From Paraspadella gotoi (lineage: Eukaryota > Animalia > Chaetognatha), in assembly GCA_051294375.1 (NCBI GenBank), contig CM119266.1, forward strand, positions 15,862,018 through 15,926,017: a stretch of DNA of 64,000 nucleotides, given 5' to 3'. A program made the translations under genes and the position numbers. The notes below the pieces were generated by a model. It searched no databases. It saw only the letters and a program-made list of their open reading frames with translations, and was not told the DNA's origin. Shown in pieces: positions 1 through 13,750 of this stretch; position 1 is the first letter of the stretch, and each line of letters begins with the position of its first letter.

Positions 1-1109
1 TGGGATCAGGGTGGGAGAGAGAAAGGAAAGACGAGGAAAGAGGGACAGAAATGAAAAAAAAATAAAGGAAAGGAATTAAAAGCGAAAAAAGGCAAAGTCA
101 AGGAAGCGAATTAGTAGAGAAAGAATATGAATTCCCTTCTTAATCTTCGTCAATTGATAGGGAAAAAAAGGGGGATTACTGCATCGACCAATAGGTGGAC
201 GTCCTTTTTGACGAGGTTCGATAGCGGAAAGGTATATCCGAGTCTCTCGAGACCTCATTTGAATATTCAATCAAAAAACCGTCAAGGTGCGAGTGACGAG
301 TTTATCAGATGTGTCCGAAACATATTTGAATATCGCCCTTTTTTTTGCCTTCAATAAGCTCGAAGGTGACCGCGGGGTCTTGGGGCAAGTAGAGGGTTTA
401 AAATTAAGAATTAAGAAAGGTTAGCAAACTTTATTATATAAAACAATTGTATTTTTATTTTTTTATATAAAAAACTTTGAGGTATAATGACAGGGTTAAG
501 TTTTTGTTCGTTTCCCACAATGTGGCCATTTAGTTATTCCATAATTTAATTCATCATTACAGAAATCAGGAAATACAGACATGCCCGAACGGAAACGTGG
601 GGTAAGTTTGATCGGCTGGCTTGTTTTTAATTCAAAATGGAGGACAAAGGTGATGCCTCCGTTGTTGGCGATATGAATCCGAGATCGGGTCAGAGGTGAT
701 GTTGTCGGTGTTGGTCAAGCAGTGATATGAATCTAACTGCGGTCCGGGGTCAAAGGTCAGCGCCAGGAAGACAAGGAGAAGGCCGGTAAAGCCGAACCCG
801 AGGGAAAAGAGTGACGCCAATGATTTTGGAGGAAAAAGATGGAGGGGAGGAGAAGAAATGGAGGAAAGGAAAGATAAGCTCAGAAGTGGGAGATGGGGCG
901 AAAGGGAGGAAGAAAAAAACGAAGAGGTAAAACTGGATTCGAAAAGGAAAAATGAAGAAAATAAGTTATGGAAGAGAAACAAAACAAAAGGAAAGCAAAA
1001 CCATGGAATAAAACGAGACGAAAGGTGGAAAGAAGATAAGTTTGGGTCGGGTGGGGCGTGAGGCGCGGGGGTGAAAATGGAGGTAATTTGTTGGTTCGAA
1101 AATGAAAGA

Positions 1110-1114
1110 AAAAA

Positions 1115-1150
<36 letters not shown>

Positions 1151-1170
1151 AATAAAGAAATAAAGAAATA

Positions 1171-1206
<36 letters not shown>

Positions 1207-1210
1207 AAAA
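1110..1210 (+). repeat. (AAAG)n microsatellite
   Basis: Direct read; similar tracts at 40270-40310 and, in reverse orientation, 47345-47400. Confidence 0.9.
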
Positions 1211-1358
1211 CCGACCCAAAAAAAAGAAAGGCGTCCAATTCATCCTGATATAAAGAAGACAAGTCAGACAAAAACTCTGACGAAAAAATCTGCGGCGCCG
1301 CTCTCGGAGAAGAGAGAGCGAAAGAGAAGAGAGAGAGAGGAGAGAGAGAGAGAGGAGA

Positions 1359-1408
<50 letters not shown>

Positions 1409-1766
1409 AGAAAGAGAGAGAATCAGAACGACGTGACGCGGGTTTTGGCCGGAAAAAACGGCGCAGGTGGATCCCGTTTTCTCGGCGCTGATAACAACGT
1501 CAATAAGGTTTCATGCGTTACTTCTTTTGGCTCTGCAGGGATTCGTGTGTCGGAAAGGGAAAGTGGAGAGAGGGGAGGCCGTCGGTGAGTGGGTGGGTGG
1601 CCGCGAATCACATGTCCAAAGTCAGGAGGAGTCACAGGTCACAGGAAAACAGAAAACGAAATAGAATCCAAAATCATGGAAGTCAATGGGAATCTGTTGC
1701 CACCCGCTGACAGACTGGGTGACAGGTGGGGGAATTTATTAAGAGAGGAAGAAAAGAGAGCGAGAG

Positions 1767-1909
<143 letters not shown>

Positions 1910-2654
1910 ATTGAGTAAAAGGCTTGGCCCAGCAGTAAACCCAGCAATTTTAATACATCTCATTTGCATATTTTTAGCGTTTATTGTTATTTCTTAAAAA
2001 CGTGTTTTTAATTGGGCTTTATTATCCGTAGAAATAAAATTTTATTAGAGCTTTTGTTAAGTAACTGCTTTAGCGGTTTTTACAACGCTTTAAGAAAAAA
2101 GTATTAATTTGATTGAGTTTATTTTAGTTTTTTTAAATCCGTATAGCGTCGGTGTTAATTCCTTCAGGCACTAAGATTTTTCGAATGGAGCGGTAAAGCA
2201 AACAAAGTTGAAGTGTCAAGTTCATTTTATGCTAGTTAAATATGGTTATTGCTTAATCTTTGTATAGTAATAAATACGTGAATCTTTATGTTCAAGATTA
2301 TAAGAGTGAAAGCATGAAGTTTTACAAGACAAATAAATACCACAGCATAAATACGTAAATACGATAAATTACCGCGAGGAAGCTTAAGCCTCAAGGCCGC
2401 AGGAGTCCGAACCTCTTCGCTCGTGGAAACCCGATATCACCGCAGAATTCAAGGGGAGACTTTCGACGAGAAAATGAGTTGAGACTCGAAAGATTTCGAC
2501 GTCTCTAAAATATTCAGGAGACGAAGGCGGAGGTCAACCAAATTTGATTCGCGGCCGCAATTAGAGTCGACGCTCGCGCCAAATGGTAAAATGTAATTTG
2601 CAGTGTATTCCCTAAACACGACACCAGAAATGATGGGAAGAGAGAGATAGAAAA

Positions 2655-2693
<39 letters not shown>

Positions 2694-2700
2694 AGAGAGA

Positions 2701-2733
<33 letters not shown>

Positions 2734-2897
2734 ACAGAGAGAGGAGAGAGAGAGAGAAGAGAGAGAGAGAGAGGAACGGCGGTGATATTTGAATCACGAT
2801 GAACTCTGACGACCATGAATTCGACTGGCGTGAGGAATGGGTTTGGCAATTTCCAGAGTTCGAGGTGAAAGCCATCTTGATAAGGAAAAAAAAATAC

Positions 2898-2978
<81 letters not shown>

Positions 2979-3519
2979 GTAGAGAGAGAGAACACGGAAA
3001 CAAATCGGATTTTGAATAGAAAGGGAAAGGGGAAGGAGAAGAACCACGCGGTTAAAATTTGCGAAAGCAAAAGTAGAAAGATAATAGATAATAGGCCCAA
3101 GTTACAAAAACGTGTTTATTCTCAACCGTTTTGGATAATCGATTGTTATTAACATTATTAGAGTTAAAACGAGTGCTTATTAATGATCGTCCTCATTACC
3201 CTTTGCTGGTTTCCGACGCCGCTAAAACCGCCGTTCCTTTCCGTTATCGCCGATCGTCCACTCCGCTTCTCTTAAGCGTCACCTCTCGTATCCACAGCCA
3301 TCGACCGGCGTCGCCCCCGCCAACAGTTGTTTTCCCATCAGACGCCCATAAATCATGCATCCGGCCTCTCGGCGGCTGCGGTGGCGGCAGCGACGGCGGC
3401 GGAACCGCGGAGCCGGCGGCGATACTGGCGATGCGGCGATCCACTCGACGAGGGCCGACGCCAAGGTGATCGAACCGAGTTTATCGGACGTCGCCAGAAG
3501 TCTCCGAGCGAGGGGGATG

Positions 3520-3624
<105 letters not shown>

Positions 3625-3949
3625 TTCAATGACCCCACTACTTCAGAATGTGGTGATAGCAGCGCACTTTTTACCTCAACGTCGGGGGATAAGCTGAAAC
3701 CATTTACAATTTTTCCCGACGCTTATCACGCGACAGTATTACAATTTTTTTATAGTCTGAAACTTTTTATATGAAAAGAATTATTATTTGTTCTTCGGTA
3801 AACGTCCGTTACGCTTTACTTACGACCGAAATCTTAGCCACACTGAGAAGACAACAACGACGGAATCAGCGACAAAGCTCGACTCGGTAAGCGAAAGATA
3901 AAGTCTCAGGGCTGCCCTTGCCCCCTCCCGCCTGCTCCTTCATTCCCTT

Positions 3950-4087
3950 TTTCGCCCGCTCCTCCTTCGCCCCCTTTCGCGGGCTCCTACTTTCCCCCTC
4001 TTTCGCCTGCTCCTCCTTCGCCCCCTTTCGCCGGCTCCTACTTTCCCCCTCTTTCGCCTGCTCCTCCTTCGCCCCCTTTCGCCTGCT
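3950..4087 (+). repeat. 51-bp pyrimidine-rich tandem repeat (about 2.5 copies, built from 25/26-bp subunits)
   Basis: ctcctccttcgccccctttcgccggctcctactttccccctctttcgcctg repeated. Confidence 0.85.
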
Positions 4088-4811
4088 GCTCGTTCGCCAG
4101 GCGATCTTCTTCCCAGCTTAATTGCTATCAGGCCTCGACGTCCGCCGAGCGCTCCTCCCATTTGTCAAACTCGGGACATCCTCGCGATTCGACGATGATT
4201 TTTCGGAGAAGAGAATCTCATCGTTCGTTTCGTCGTTCGTATATTCGTTCACCTCGCCGTTCGTCTCATCGTTCGCCCGTTTACCCGTCGGTCGTCGAGA
4301 CGAAGAGAAAATATTTAGTTTTACAAACGGTTTTTATTTACTTTTTTTTTATATTTTGAAAGTGAGCAAATGCAATTTTAAACTCTTGATTTTGTATTTG
4401 GTAATTTGTTTTTTTATATCTACTACTTTCAAAACATTTTACGTTTTCTTGGTCAAAATTGAGAAAAAATAATAAAATTATCGAAATATGATGATTATTA
4501 TTAATATGATTATTATTAATAGTTTTTTATATTTTTCACCGACTTATGATCAAAATATCGAAAACAGAATTATTCTTTGTGTAGACAACGTTTTGCAAGC
4601 TCCCTGAATCTGATTTTAAAAATAAAAAAATCTTTAAAAAATGTTTAGCCTTTCCTATTAATAAATAAATATTAAAACAAATAATATATGGCGTATAGGG
4701 TAATATCAAAATTTTTTTTTCGTCTATTCAATATTTTTAAAAAAGGTCTGGATTTTTTTGTCCGAGCAGGTGATTCAAATTTCTTAACCACCTTACTCAG
4801 TTAGGCTACCC

Positions 4812-7310
4812 CTACTTTGGGTTCACTTTTCTTGTATTTTTCTTGTTAATCGCCACGGCTGCTGCCATCGCAACCGCGGCCGACGCTTCAGTCGCAGAAG
4901 TGAAGTAGAAGCCCGCCTCGAAGCCACCCCAGTGGTCGATGGCTGCCGCAGCCGACATTTGGACTATGATGGAGCCTACCCCGACCGACGCCGACTGAAA
5001 CCCGAAGACGTCTTCGATGTTTTGGCGGCCAACGAGGTCGAGAAGGGCCACGTTGCGCAGAGTCATATAGATGGAAGCGAGTGTGCCTATTAGGTAATTG
5101 CTTCGGTTCAGGAATGTAAAGCAATTTTATGGGCTCGCACGCTATAAAATCACACCGTATCATAACAATTTAGCCAATATATTTCCGTCAAGTATGTCGA
5201 TCAGTCGTTGTTTTATTTACCATTTAATATGCTCCACGTGATAAACAAATGAAATGAGTTGATCATGGGCGCCAAACCGTCCAAAATTCCAGTGAATAAT
5301 ATGACCATAATGAATATTGTTGGTCGATATGGCATCACGCGTGAATAATTTAGAATCAGTCCAAAGAAAATGTTTCCTGAAAATAAAAGTTAGTTGTGGA
5401 CGATAATTTCTCCTCTTTCGTACGAGTAGTACCATTTGAATCAACTGCGTACCTATGAATCTAAAAATGAACAAAACAGTCAGACTCAAAACAGCGTCAT
5501 TAGTTGAGTGTCCTTTGCCGGTAATGAGAGGTGGCAAAAGAACCCAAGTGTATTCCAATGACGTCGAGCCGAGCCCCATCGCTTACAGAAAAACAATGAA
5601 TAGTTTTCGTTGTTAATCAAGATAATTTCAATGAGAAGCAGTGCATTACCGAGGAGATGGAACCCAAGAACAGGATTTCTCAATAAGTTCAGATCAACTC
5701 CAAAGTATTTTTTGAAAGTTTTAATACATTTTTTGTCATTAACGGAATCCGTTGATATTTCTACTACTTGGGTGAAATTCAGATTGGGATAATTATCGGC
5801 AATGGGCCGACTCAAAAATCCTGCCATCGTATAATGCAGCATAAATCCCCCCAAAATGAGAAAAGTTCCAAATATGGAAAACTCTTCCATCAAATAATTT
5901 AGGACGTACGCGGATATTATTCCACCTATAGCGTTCCCACACAACATCAGGGCGTTTGCAATGGCTCGCCGCTTTTCAAAGTATTGATTGACACAGATAA
6001 TACAGGACAAATAGCAAAATCCGATAGCGATACCTAAAAAATGTATTTACGCTTTAACAAAAAAAAAGTATATTTATGCTTTCATCCATTAAACAAACTT
6101 TTCTTTTACCTTGAAAGATGCCATATGAGAAGTAAAGAATTACTACCGACGATGCAAAGGCAGACCAAATTAAAAATCCGCAACTCACTAATCCCCCGAA
6201 AATCATGATCTGTCGTGGACTGAAACCACCTGTTGAATTTAAACCTAATTTTAGTTGTCAGTCATTTTTACAGGGAATTCAATGTGGACCGATACGAAGA
6301 TAAGGGATTCTTTCACTGTATATTATCTTTATAACAATTATTAGTTAGAAAACTACTTGACGTTTATGTTGTCCTCTCAAGCGGAGAGTTACTTCTCTTC
6401 ATTTTTTTGTCCAAATTTAACAGTTTTTAACAATAAAACAATTTTTAATGCTGATTAAGAAGTTATCTGATATAAAAACAAAACTTTTTGATGATAAAAA
6501 GTCAGTTTGGTGATTTGTTATTATAAAAAAAATTTTCATATAAAACCTAACTTATTTACTATGGTAACTATTATTTATCCACAAAGTCGTTTGTCATAAT
6601 TTTTTTCCCCCAAGCTGAAACTTTTATTTTTGATAGATTTTAAAGGGAAAACGTGATGATTATTATCAAGTATTATTCATATTATAAACTTTTTTTATTC
6701 TGGTTAGTGATATTACAGTATCTTATTAATAAAAAATGAAGCATGAAAAAAATTCAATTGTTTTAATGGGAACTGAAGGATTGATAGTAAGATCCACTTT
6801 TAATGTAAAAAATGTTTATAACATAGCAACTATCCTAGCTAGAAAGTTACAAATTGGTGAAAAAAAAGTCAAATATTTTTCTATTAGTAAAACCTGATTG
6901 CTCTTCGTTTCGATTATATTACAAGTTTTGTAAAAGTTAAGAAATATTGTTACCACGATTCATGACCGAAGACACGAAAAATCCGCTAAAATAATGGAAG
7001 CTGAGGAAGAGAGAGGAAATGAGGAGCAAAGATGAAGCGGATCCTCCACTGAAGACCCGATTGAGGTGAATCACAAGAACCCCGAAGGATTTGTCAATGA
7101 ATGTCGCACTGCAAGGGAAAAAACGATCAAAACTACTATGTATTATTAATGGGGTGCAAAACACTAAAACAACAGTGCTCGTTCCCTTTCCTTTTTTTTA
7201 TTATTATTCTTTAGTTATCAAATTGATAAAAATTACCTAAATTGAACGAGGAAAGCGCCTCCAACGGCCATCCAGGCTGCAAGTCCCCCATCGAGAGGGG
7301 GAAATTTCAT
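4812..7310 (-). CDS. SLC16/monocarboxylate transporter-family MFS permease, 7 coding exons, about 430 aa
   Basis: Hand-spliced exons 7310-7237, 7108-6954, 6229-6110, 6033-5650, 5581-5453, 5376-5221, 5086-4812. All introns are GT-AG with matching phases; total 1293 nt ending in TAG. Family motifs: MKFPPLDGGLAAW (PPDGGxxW), DKSFGV, FSPRQIMIFGG, VNQYFEKRRAIANA, FLILGGFMLH...SRP, LLRNP, LLDLVG, D.WGGFEAGFY. An acceptor-like site near 7345 means an extra upstream exon is possible. Confidence 0.93.
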
Positions 7311-9289
7311 GGAATTGTTCTTTGGGGAAGAAATCTCCCGAGTTTGGAGCGGATGGTCAGCAGCTATTTGGAAAAAAAGGACATCCAAATTCGTATCACA
7401 AATCCATACCGTTAGTAAATGATTTTATACCTTTTCTTCGCGCTAAAATTTTTTCGCAATCTTTTTCCGGATTCAACATTCTTATTTTTTTTCCTTACTT
7501 TTTACAATTTAACAGCTTATTTATTAGCCGGATCAAGATTGTTGTTTTGTGATTGAGAGGCGAGACAGAGTGAAAAACGATTTTGACACGAATAAAAAAA
7601 ATATATTAATTAATTATTTATTTATTAATTAATTATCTGATCAGCTGCTTATTGCTAATGATCGTGAGCAGATTCGGCATTGTTTGCTCAAACTTGTTTT
7701 TAAATTCATTCAGTATTGAAAGTTCAACATTCGTTTCCAGTCCATTAAAAGTTTTTGGCGCAGCGTAGTAATTTAGTTTTCCGCCTACCCCTATAGTCTC
7801 GTCCAAAGTAATTGTTCGGCGAGATCAAGAAATATCTGTTGTATAAAAATATTCCAAGTGCTATTGGACTCTCATGTTCATTTTTCTGGATTTATAAAAA
7901 AGTGCTTAACTCCATTTATTATATTCTTACCACTTTAAAATATCTAATAAGAATATATATTAAACATTATTTAAAATCATATTCTATTATTGCAAAAATT
8001 GTCAAGTTTATCAATAATTAAAAAGAAAATTATTTTGAGGAAGTTCTGAGTTAGTTTTTCGATCGTTGTGACCTCATTCATAGTACAGAATATTGCGTGT
8101 TCTCTGCCTCAGACCTCCAGGGGAAAAAAAATAAAATAGAGGGAAATAGAAGGAAAAAAGTCATGTCATCGATTTCGATTTTATTAGATTAAGATTAGCG
8201 GGCTTTTGACCTTTTCTGGTAAAATTCGTGACCTTTTTCTTTTCTTTTGACTTTTCTTTTACAGTAAAATAATTTTTTTTTCTTTGTCCAACTGCCATTT
8301 TCTTATACTATGAAATTAAATTCGATAGGGGCGGGGGTTCAAAACTTTAGTCTTGATGTTTACTTTCAGGTAAAGAAAGAATATTGTAAAAAAGTTCTAT
8401 TTTAATGCTTTTATTGTTGCTATCAAAATTACAATATTACTATATAATTTTTTTTAATCAATCTTAATTTTTTTGATGGATTCTGATAAAGCATAAAAAG
8501 TTAAATAATAAATATAACTACAACTTTCAAAAATTCTTAAAGAAATAGGTTTTCAGATCTTTCTTTTTTTGTATTCGTTTAACCAGGTTTATCCTAACTA
8601 AATATCATTGTCAGGTTGAACAGGCAGCATAGGGTTCTAGTAATAACAGGTTAATACGGATTTTAGCAATTTTGTATTTTAAGAGAGAAATGTAGAAGAC
8701 GAAAATATGAGAAAATAAAGGTAAGAGAAGTAGAAAAGAAATGAGACGAGCTCTCTCCTGATCCACTTTTATCATCGCCCAGACCAACTTGACCTTACGG
8801 CCCTATTACTGTGTCTGGTCAATCTAAGGTCATTGCCAAAGCTAGGGCAAAGTGACCGTGTGGATAGACCGGCTGGGAGAAAGAGGAGAGAGGAAGGGTT
8901 TAGAGAGAGAGACCGGTGGTAAGTCGCCTCAGAAACAAGCTTTAATAATGAACTTATCAATTCCAAAAAATAACAAAGAAGGAACTAGGATTTTCAATTT
9001 CTTTCATCTTTTATTTTGATGAATTCCTTTACGACACAATGAAAAATGGTGTAATGTAACTGTTGCAGGCATAAAAAAAATTCACTCTTTGATATTATGA
9101 TATATATTTGTTTGGATTTTGTTAAACATTTTATTTTTATTTATATAAAAAATATCAATGCAAAATCTTATTTTGTGTGTTTAAATGATATCAANNNNNN
9201 NNNNATATCAATGCAAAATCGAATTTGGTGTGTTTAAATAATATCAATTTTAATAATTATATAAACGTTTGATGTCATGATTATTATAA

Positions 9290-9787
9290 AAATTGTAGAA
9301 GAATATAAAAAAAGTATCAATCACCAGTGCCGCTAATCCGTTGTAAGGGGAAAACTTGACGAAGATAAAAATGCTAATTCTTTTATTTAGTTTATTGCCA
9401 GATCATACACAGCAATCTTTTTAAATTGATTTAAACTCTTTCTTCTTCTTAAAAAGCTTCTTAGTCTTAAGTGCATTAAAGTAAAAATAACTTAATTCTT
9501 TTTTTAAAAGTAATAATAACATTTATTTATAATAATGTAAAATTTCAAATAAATGCAATGACGATTTTAAGATTAAAAACACAATGCTGAAAAACCGCAG
9601 TAAAATTATACTGAAAAACACTTCTGAAACACTTTTGAAAATATTTCTGAAAACAACTACTAAAAACAACTATGAAAATAATAAACTGACGTCTTAAATA
9701 TATTTTCTCTCTGTCTCATTCCTAACTTAACTTAAACCAATATCCGCGTTTTGCGAGATATTAGTAACAAACTTTTAACTTTCATTG
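9290..9787 (+). repeat. Dispersed AT-rich repeat, copy 1 of a ~500-bp direct pair
   Basis: Aligns by eye along its length with 10497-10989 (ttgtagaa...gtgccgcta.tccgttgtaaggg...cttttaactttcattg), with substitutions. A more diverged partial copy lies at about 38680-38830. Confidence 0.85.
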
Positions 9788-9944
9788 GATCGTGTGAAAA
9801 ATAAGGTCTCATATGACTTTTATCGATAATATCATCTAATATTTTTGGGTTACAGTAAATACATTTTTATTACTGACTCCCAAAACTATCTACTATTAGG
9901 TAGTTTTCAACTTTTAATATAACCAAACACTAACATTACACAAA

Positions 9945-10170
9945 TCAATTTTGGGAATGTATGCAATCTGTCTGCAATATCTCACTGTTAAACCCCAGAT
10001 GTGAAAATTTACTTGTTGCCTTTGGTTTTGGTTTTTCAGTCTTTACTTTGTCAACTTTTTCATCAACCATGACATTACTTGGCAGACACTGAAGTCTTTC
10101 ATTCAAAAAATTTAATAATTTGTTCATTGAAAATGTAAGATCACTATGAATCTCTTCTCGCCATTTTGGA
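9945..10170 (-). mobile_element. Possible BEL/Pao retrotransposon gag fragment
   Basis: Open frame KWREEIHSDLTFSMNKLLNFLNERLQCLPS...KVKTEKPKPK resembles the W...LLxFLxxR helix that precedes the zinc knuckle in BEL/Pao Gag. Motif recall only. Confidence 0.35.
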
Positions 10171-10496
10171 AATATCGTTTTAATAATAATAATAATAGTA
10201 ATAATAATAATAATAATAATAATATTTTTATAAGAAGGCAGAAATATATTAATTCAGCGTTCACAGAAGCTTATAAAAAACTTTAATTTGATTTGATTTG
10301 AATAACCCTGTAGTCACAAAAACAAACTCGATTTTCTCTGGGATTCTTAGAGATCCATTTAAAGATAAGAATTTTATCTTTCTTTTCCACAATTTAAAAT
10401 TCGATATTTAGCTGGCAGTGGTTCAATGTTACTCATTTTATTTTGATAATCCAAATTGAAAAGAGAGGCGCATATGATCCGGCTTTTGGGACCATA

Positions 10497-10989
10497 TAAA
10501 ATTGTAGAAAAATAAAAAAAAAGTATTAATCACCGGTGCCGCTAGTCCGTTGTAAGGGAAAAACTTGGCGACGATGAAAATTCTGATTCTTTTATTTAGT
10601 TTATTGCCAAATCATACAGGACAATCTCTCTCAATTGATTTAAACTTTTTCTTCTTCTTAAAAAGCTTCATAGTCTTTAGTGCATTAAAATAAAAATAAC
10701 TTTATTCCCTTTTTAAAAGTAATAATAAGATGTATTTATAATAATGTAAAGTTCCAAATAAATGAAATAACGATTTTATGATTAAAAACACAATGCTGAA
10801 AAAACATAGTAAAATTACACTGAAAAACACTTCTGAAACACTTCTGAAAACAGTTCTCAAAACAAATACTAAACTGACGTCTTAAATATATTTTCTCTGT
10901 CTCATTCCTAAAAGCCGGAGTATCCTGCATAACTTAAACAAATATCCACATTTCATGAGATACTAGTAACAATCTTTTAACTTTCATTG
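10497..10989 (+). repeat. Dispersed AT-rich repeat, copy 2
   Basis: Direct repeat of 9290-9787. Confidence 0.85.
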
Positions 10990-11656
10990 ATAGGCTGCTG
11001 AAGTGCTTACTTTTGAGTCTAAATAATTTTTATTCCATTTGACCAATCCAATCACATTCTGTAACTTTGCATAATTCTTACCAAAAAGCTTATTCGAAGG
11101 ATTTCTAAAACGACCGAAAAAAAAATTTTAGTCGAGAATAAAAGTAAAATTTGCTCCTGTAAAACCCACCAAGAAATTTTCTTCTAATATATTTTATCTT
11201 ATTTGAATTTGTTTTCTAATAGAATTATTATCCTTCTTTTCACATTTTATTTTTAAATTTTTTTTTGCATATTTAAGAACAACGCTAACAAAACAAAGCT
11301 CTTCTCGCCTTTTAGGATAGACCCTTAAGCTTATGATATAACTTTTATAACTCGGTCCCCTTAAATGGAACGTTGTGTACTCGATATAATGTAATTATCA
11401 TTCTTAAATCAGAAACTGACTTATCTTTACCCAGCTCAAAAAGACGCATTTTCATAGAGTAATATTTTTTAATGCATTCAAAGCTACCACTCAACTCCTA
11501 CTTTGGTGAACATATGACAACAAACAAATCCGTTGAGGCGATCATCGGTCAAAGATTTTGCTCTGCCATTTAATCTCTTCACGCTTACATTCGTTTGTAT
11601 TATCGTTCAATCCATTGGTGATTTCCGGAAACTGACCGCTATGAATCACTATTTAT

Positions 11657-12258
11657 TAAGACGTAGTGAAAGTTACATACGAAAATTTTAAAAATCAATT
11701 ATGAACAACATACCATCAGTGAATATTAATTTGTAAAAAAAATTAATTAGGCTATATTTATAAAAATTATTTATATATAGTACTATCCTTATTAAATCAA
11801 AAAATTTCAAAATAGGCTTTTCTTAATTTTGATTGCAGATTTGAATTCCTCGTCAAAAGTTGATAAAAGAAAATATAAATCATTTTAAAAAATTATTTCT
11901 TTAAGTGGGTTAAAAATTAAGAAAACTATATTTAATATATAAAAAGGTAATTTTCAGCTTAAAATATAGCTTTTTTTAATTTTTGACCCACTTAATGAAG
12001 GAATTTATCAAAAAGAGTTATATTCCTTATTATCAACTTTTTTTGACGAATCCAAATCTGCCAAAAAATCTTAGAAAAAACTGTTATGAAATTTTAACAT
12101 TTATTGGTTTAGTACTAATATAAATATGGCCTACTGCGTAAATTGTAAAATTTATTAGAAATTTTTTTATTACATAAATGTTCATTAGTATAATGTTGTT
12201 CGTTCCTCACTTTTAGAATTTTAATTAAAGTTAAATTTAGAAATTTTACTACGCCTTA
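11657..12258. mobile_element. Foldback (palindromic) non-autonomous DNA transposon / MITE
   Basis: Termini TAAGACGTAGTGAAA ... TTTTACTACGCCTTA. Inverted complementarity continues inward (gaacaacat/atgttgttc; gcagatttgaattc/gaatccaaatctgc; taagtgggttaaaaattaa/ttaatttttgacccactta) to a centre near 11945. A related fragment lies at about 23650-23730. Confidence 0.75.
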
Positions 12259-12689
12259 CTATTTATTGTAGACTTTTATTAAATGTAAATTAGATGATAG
12301 GTAACAAAAATAAGTTAAAGCCTTTCTTTGCGCTAGGTTGTTGATAACCAAAAAAAAACATATAACTTTGTTGTCTCTCTCTCTGATCTTCTCTGTCTTC
12401 TTCTCCCCCCCCCGTCCCCATTTCTTTCCCATCTTCTCCTCCTTCTCCTTTCTTCCGAAAACCTTCCTCGTCGCTTCGTCGTCCCGTGGGATTTCCTTTC
12501 TTCCTCCGCTTCCTCCTTCTCGATTCGTCTTATTGACCTCTCTCTCTCTCTCTCCTCTCTCTCTTCTCTCTCTTCTCTCTCTCTCTTCTCTCTCTCTCTC
12601 TCTCTTCTCTCTTCTCTCTCTCTCTCTCTCTCGTTGTGTTGATCTGTTCACTGGCCTTTCGCCAAAGCTCGGTAACGTCTCTGCGCTAT

Positions 12690-12812
12690 CTGATTGGTGG
12701 GGATCTCTGCCAGTTCTCTCTTTCGATTGGACAGTTTGCCTCTAAACCCCTTAACGCATCTCCGAAGTCTTCCAGGACGCCTTCCATCGATCATTTCATC
12801 CGTCACGCGAAC

Positions 12813-12854
<42 letters not shown>

Positions 12855-13750
12855 ATCCCGGCTGAAAACGAGAAGGGGGAGCTGATCGTTCGCGTGGACG
12901 TTGGTCGAGAGGATTTTGAAGCGACTTTAATTATCTTACAGCGTTAGCGACCTCCTCCTTTCACACATTCATTAGTTGTTCTTCTCTATCGATTCGCGCA
13001 TGCGCACAACGCGAGAAACGGATGTGATAAACTCGCGTGTTTGTTCGCGATAGATTATTCAGTTTCGCTGTGAAAGATTGTCGTGAGGTTGCTTTTGTTC
13101 ATTGAGTGCATGTGTGCTGGATGAGTGTGATTCGAAAAAAAATATCTTCTAATCTAGAGTTTGACATTTAATTGTAGCAGGAAAACTTGCACTTAAGGTT
13201 CTTACAGTACAGAATACAAATATAATCCTTCATATCGACTTGGACCGCCAAACTAGCATCCTCCTACATCCCTCACCAGCCTCGCTTCCATCGTTGTCTT
13301 TTGTTTTCCGTTTCCCTTTCGTCTGATGTCGCTGAATTTCCTGGGTCACGTGACTCTCCTCGTTTGGCGAATTTTTTCGGACAATTAAACATTGAAAAAA
13401 AAATGTGCGTTGAAAAGGTTCCTTGTTTAACTCACGGGGGAGACGTGATTGCGAGACTCATTTACGACTATGGCTAATGAAAGAGGAAAGGAGGGCAGGA
13501 GTGAAGGAAGGAATGAAAGAGATAGGAGAAGGAATGAAATAAAGGACAAGGAATGATAAACGTGAAAAGGAATTAATAACAAACCAATGTGACCAACCAA
13601 ACTATCATCCTATTAATGAACAAATAAACCAGCCAAGAAAAAACAAAAAAAACAATTGAATATTACGACGCTCTCTCACTTTTTTTTTTCTCTCCCTCTC
13701 ACTCTCTCTACCTCCTTCTCCTTTCCGAATTCGAAATGACCTTTGACCCG
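12690..13750. promoter_or_regulatory. Candidate promoter/enhancer motif cluster
   Basis: Two inverted CCAAT boxes (gattgg, about 12692 and 12725), NRF1-type palindrome GCGCATGCGC 12996-13005, E-box palindrome GTCACGTGAC 13345-13354, and nuclear-receptor DR1 TGACCTTTGACCC 13737-13749. Motif matches only. Confidence 0.35.

Noticed and set aside
632-860. Membrane-protein-like minus-strand frame (SLFSLGFGFTGLLLVFLALTFDPGP...)
   Set aside because: No start, splice partners or family motif found; upstream part is purine/pyrimidine low complexity. Left uncalled.
9153-9250. Short direct repeat across an 11-N gap
   Set aside because: Overlapping contig ends at a scaffold gap.
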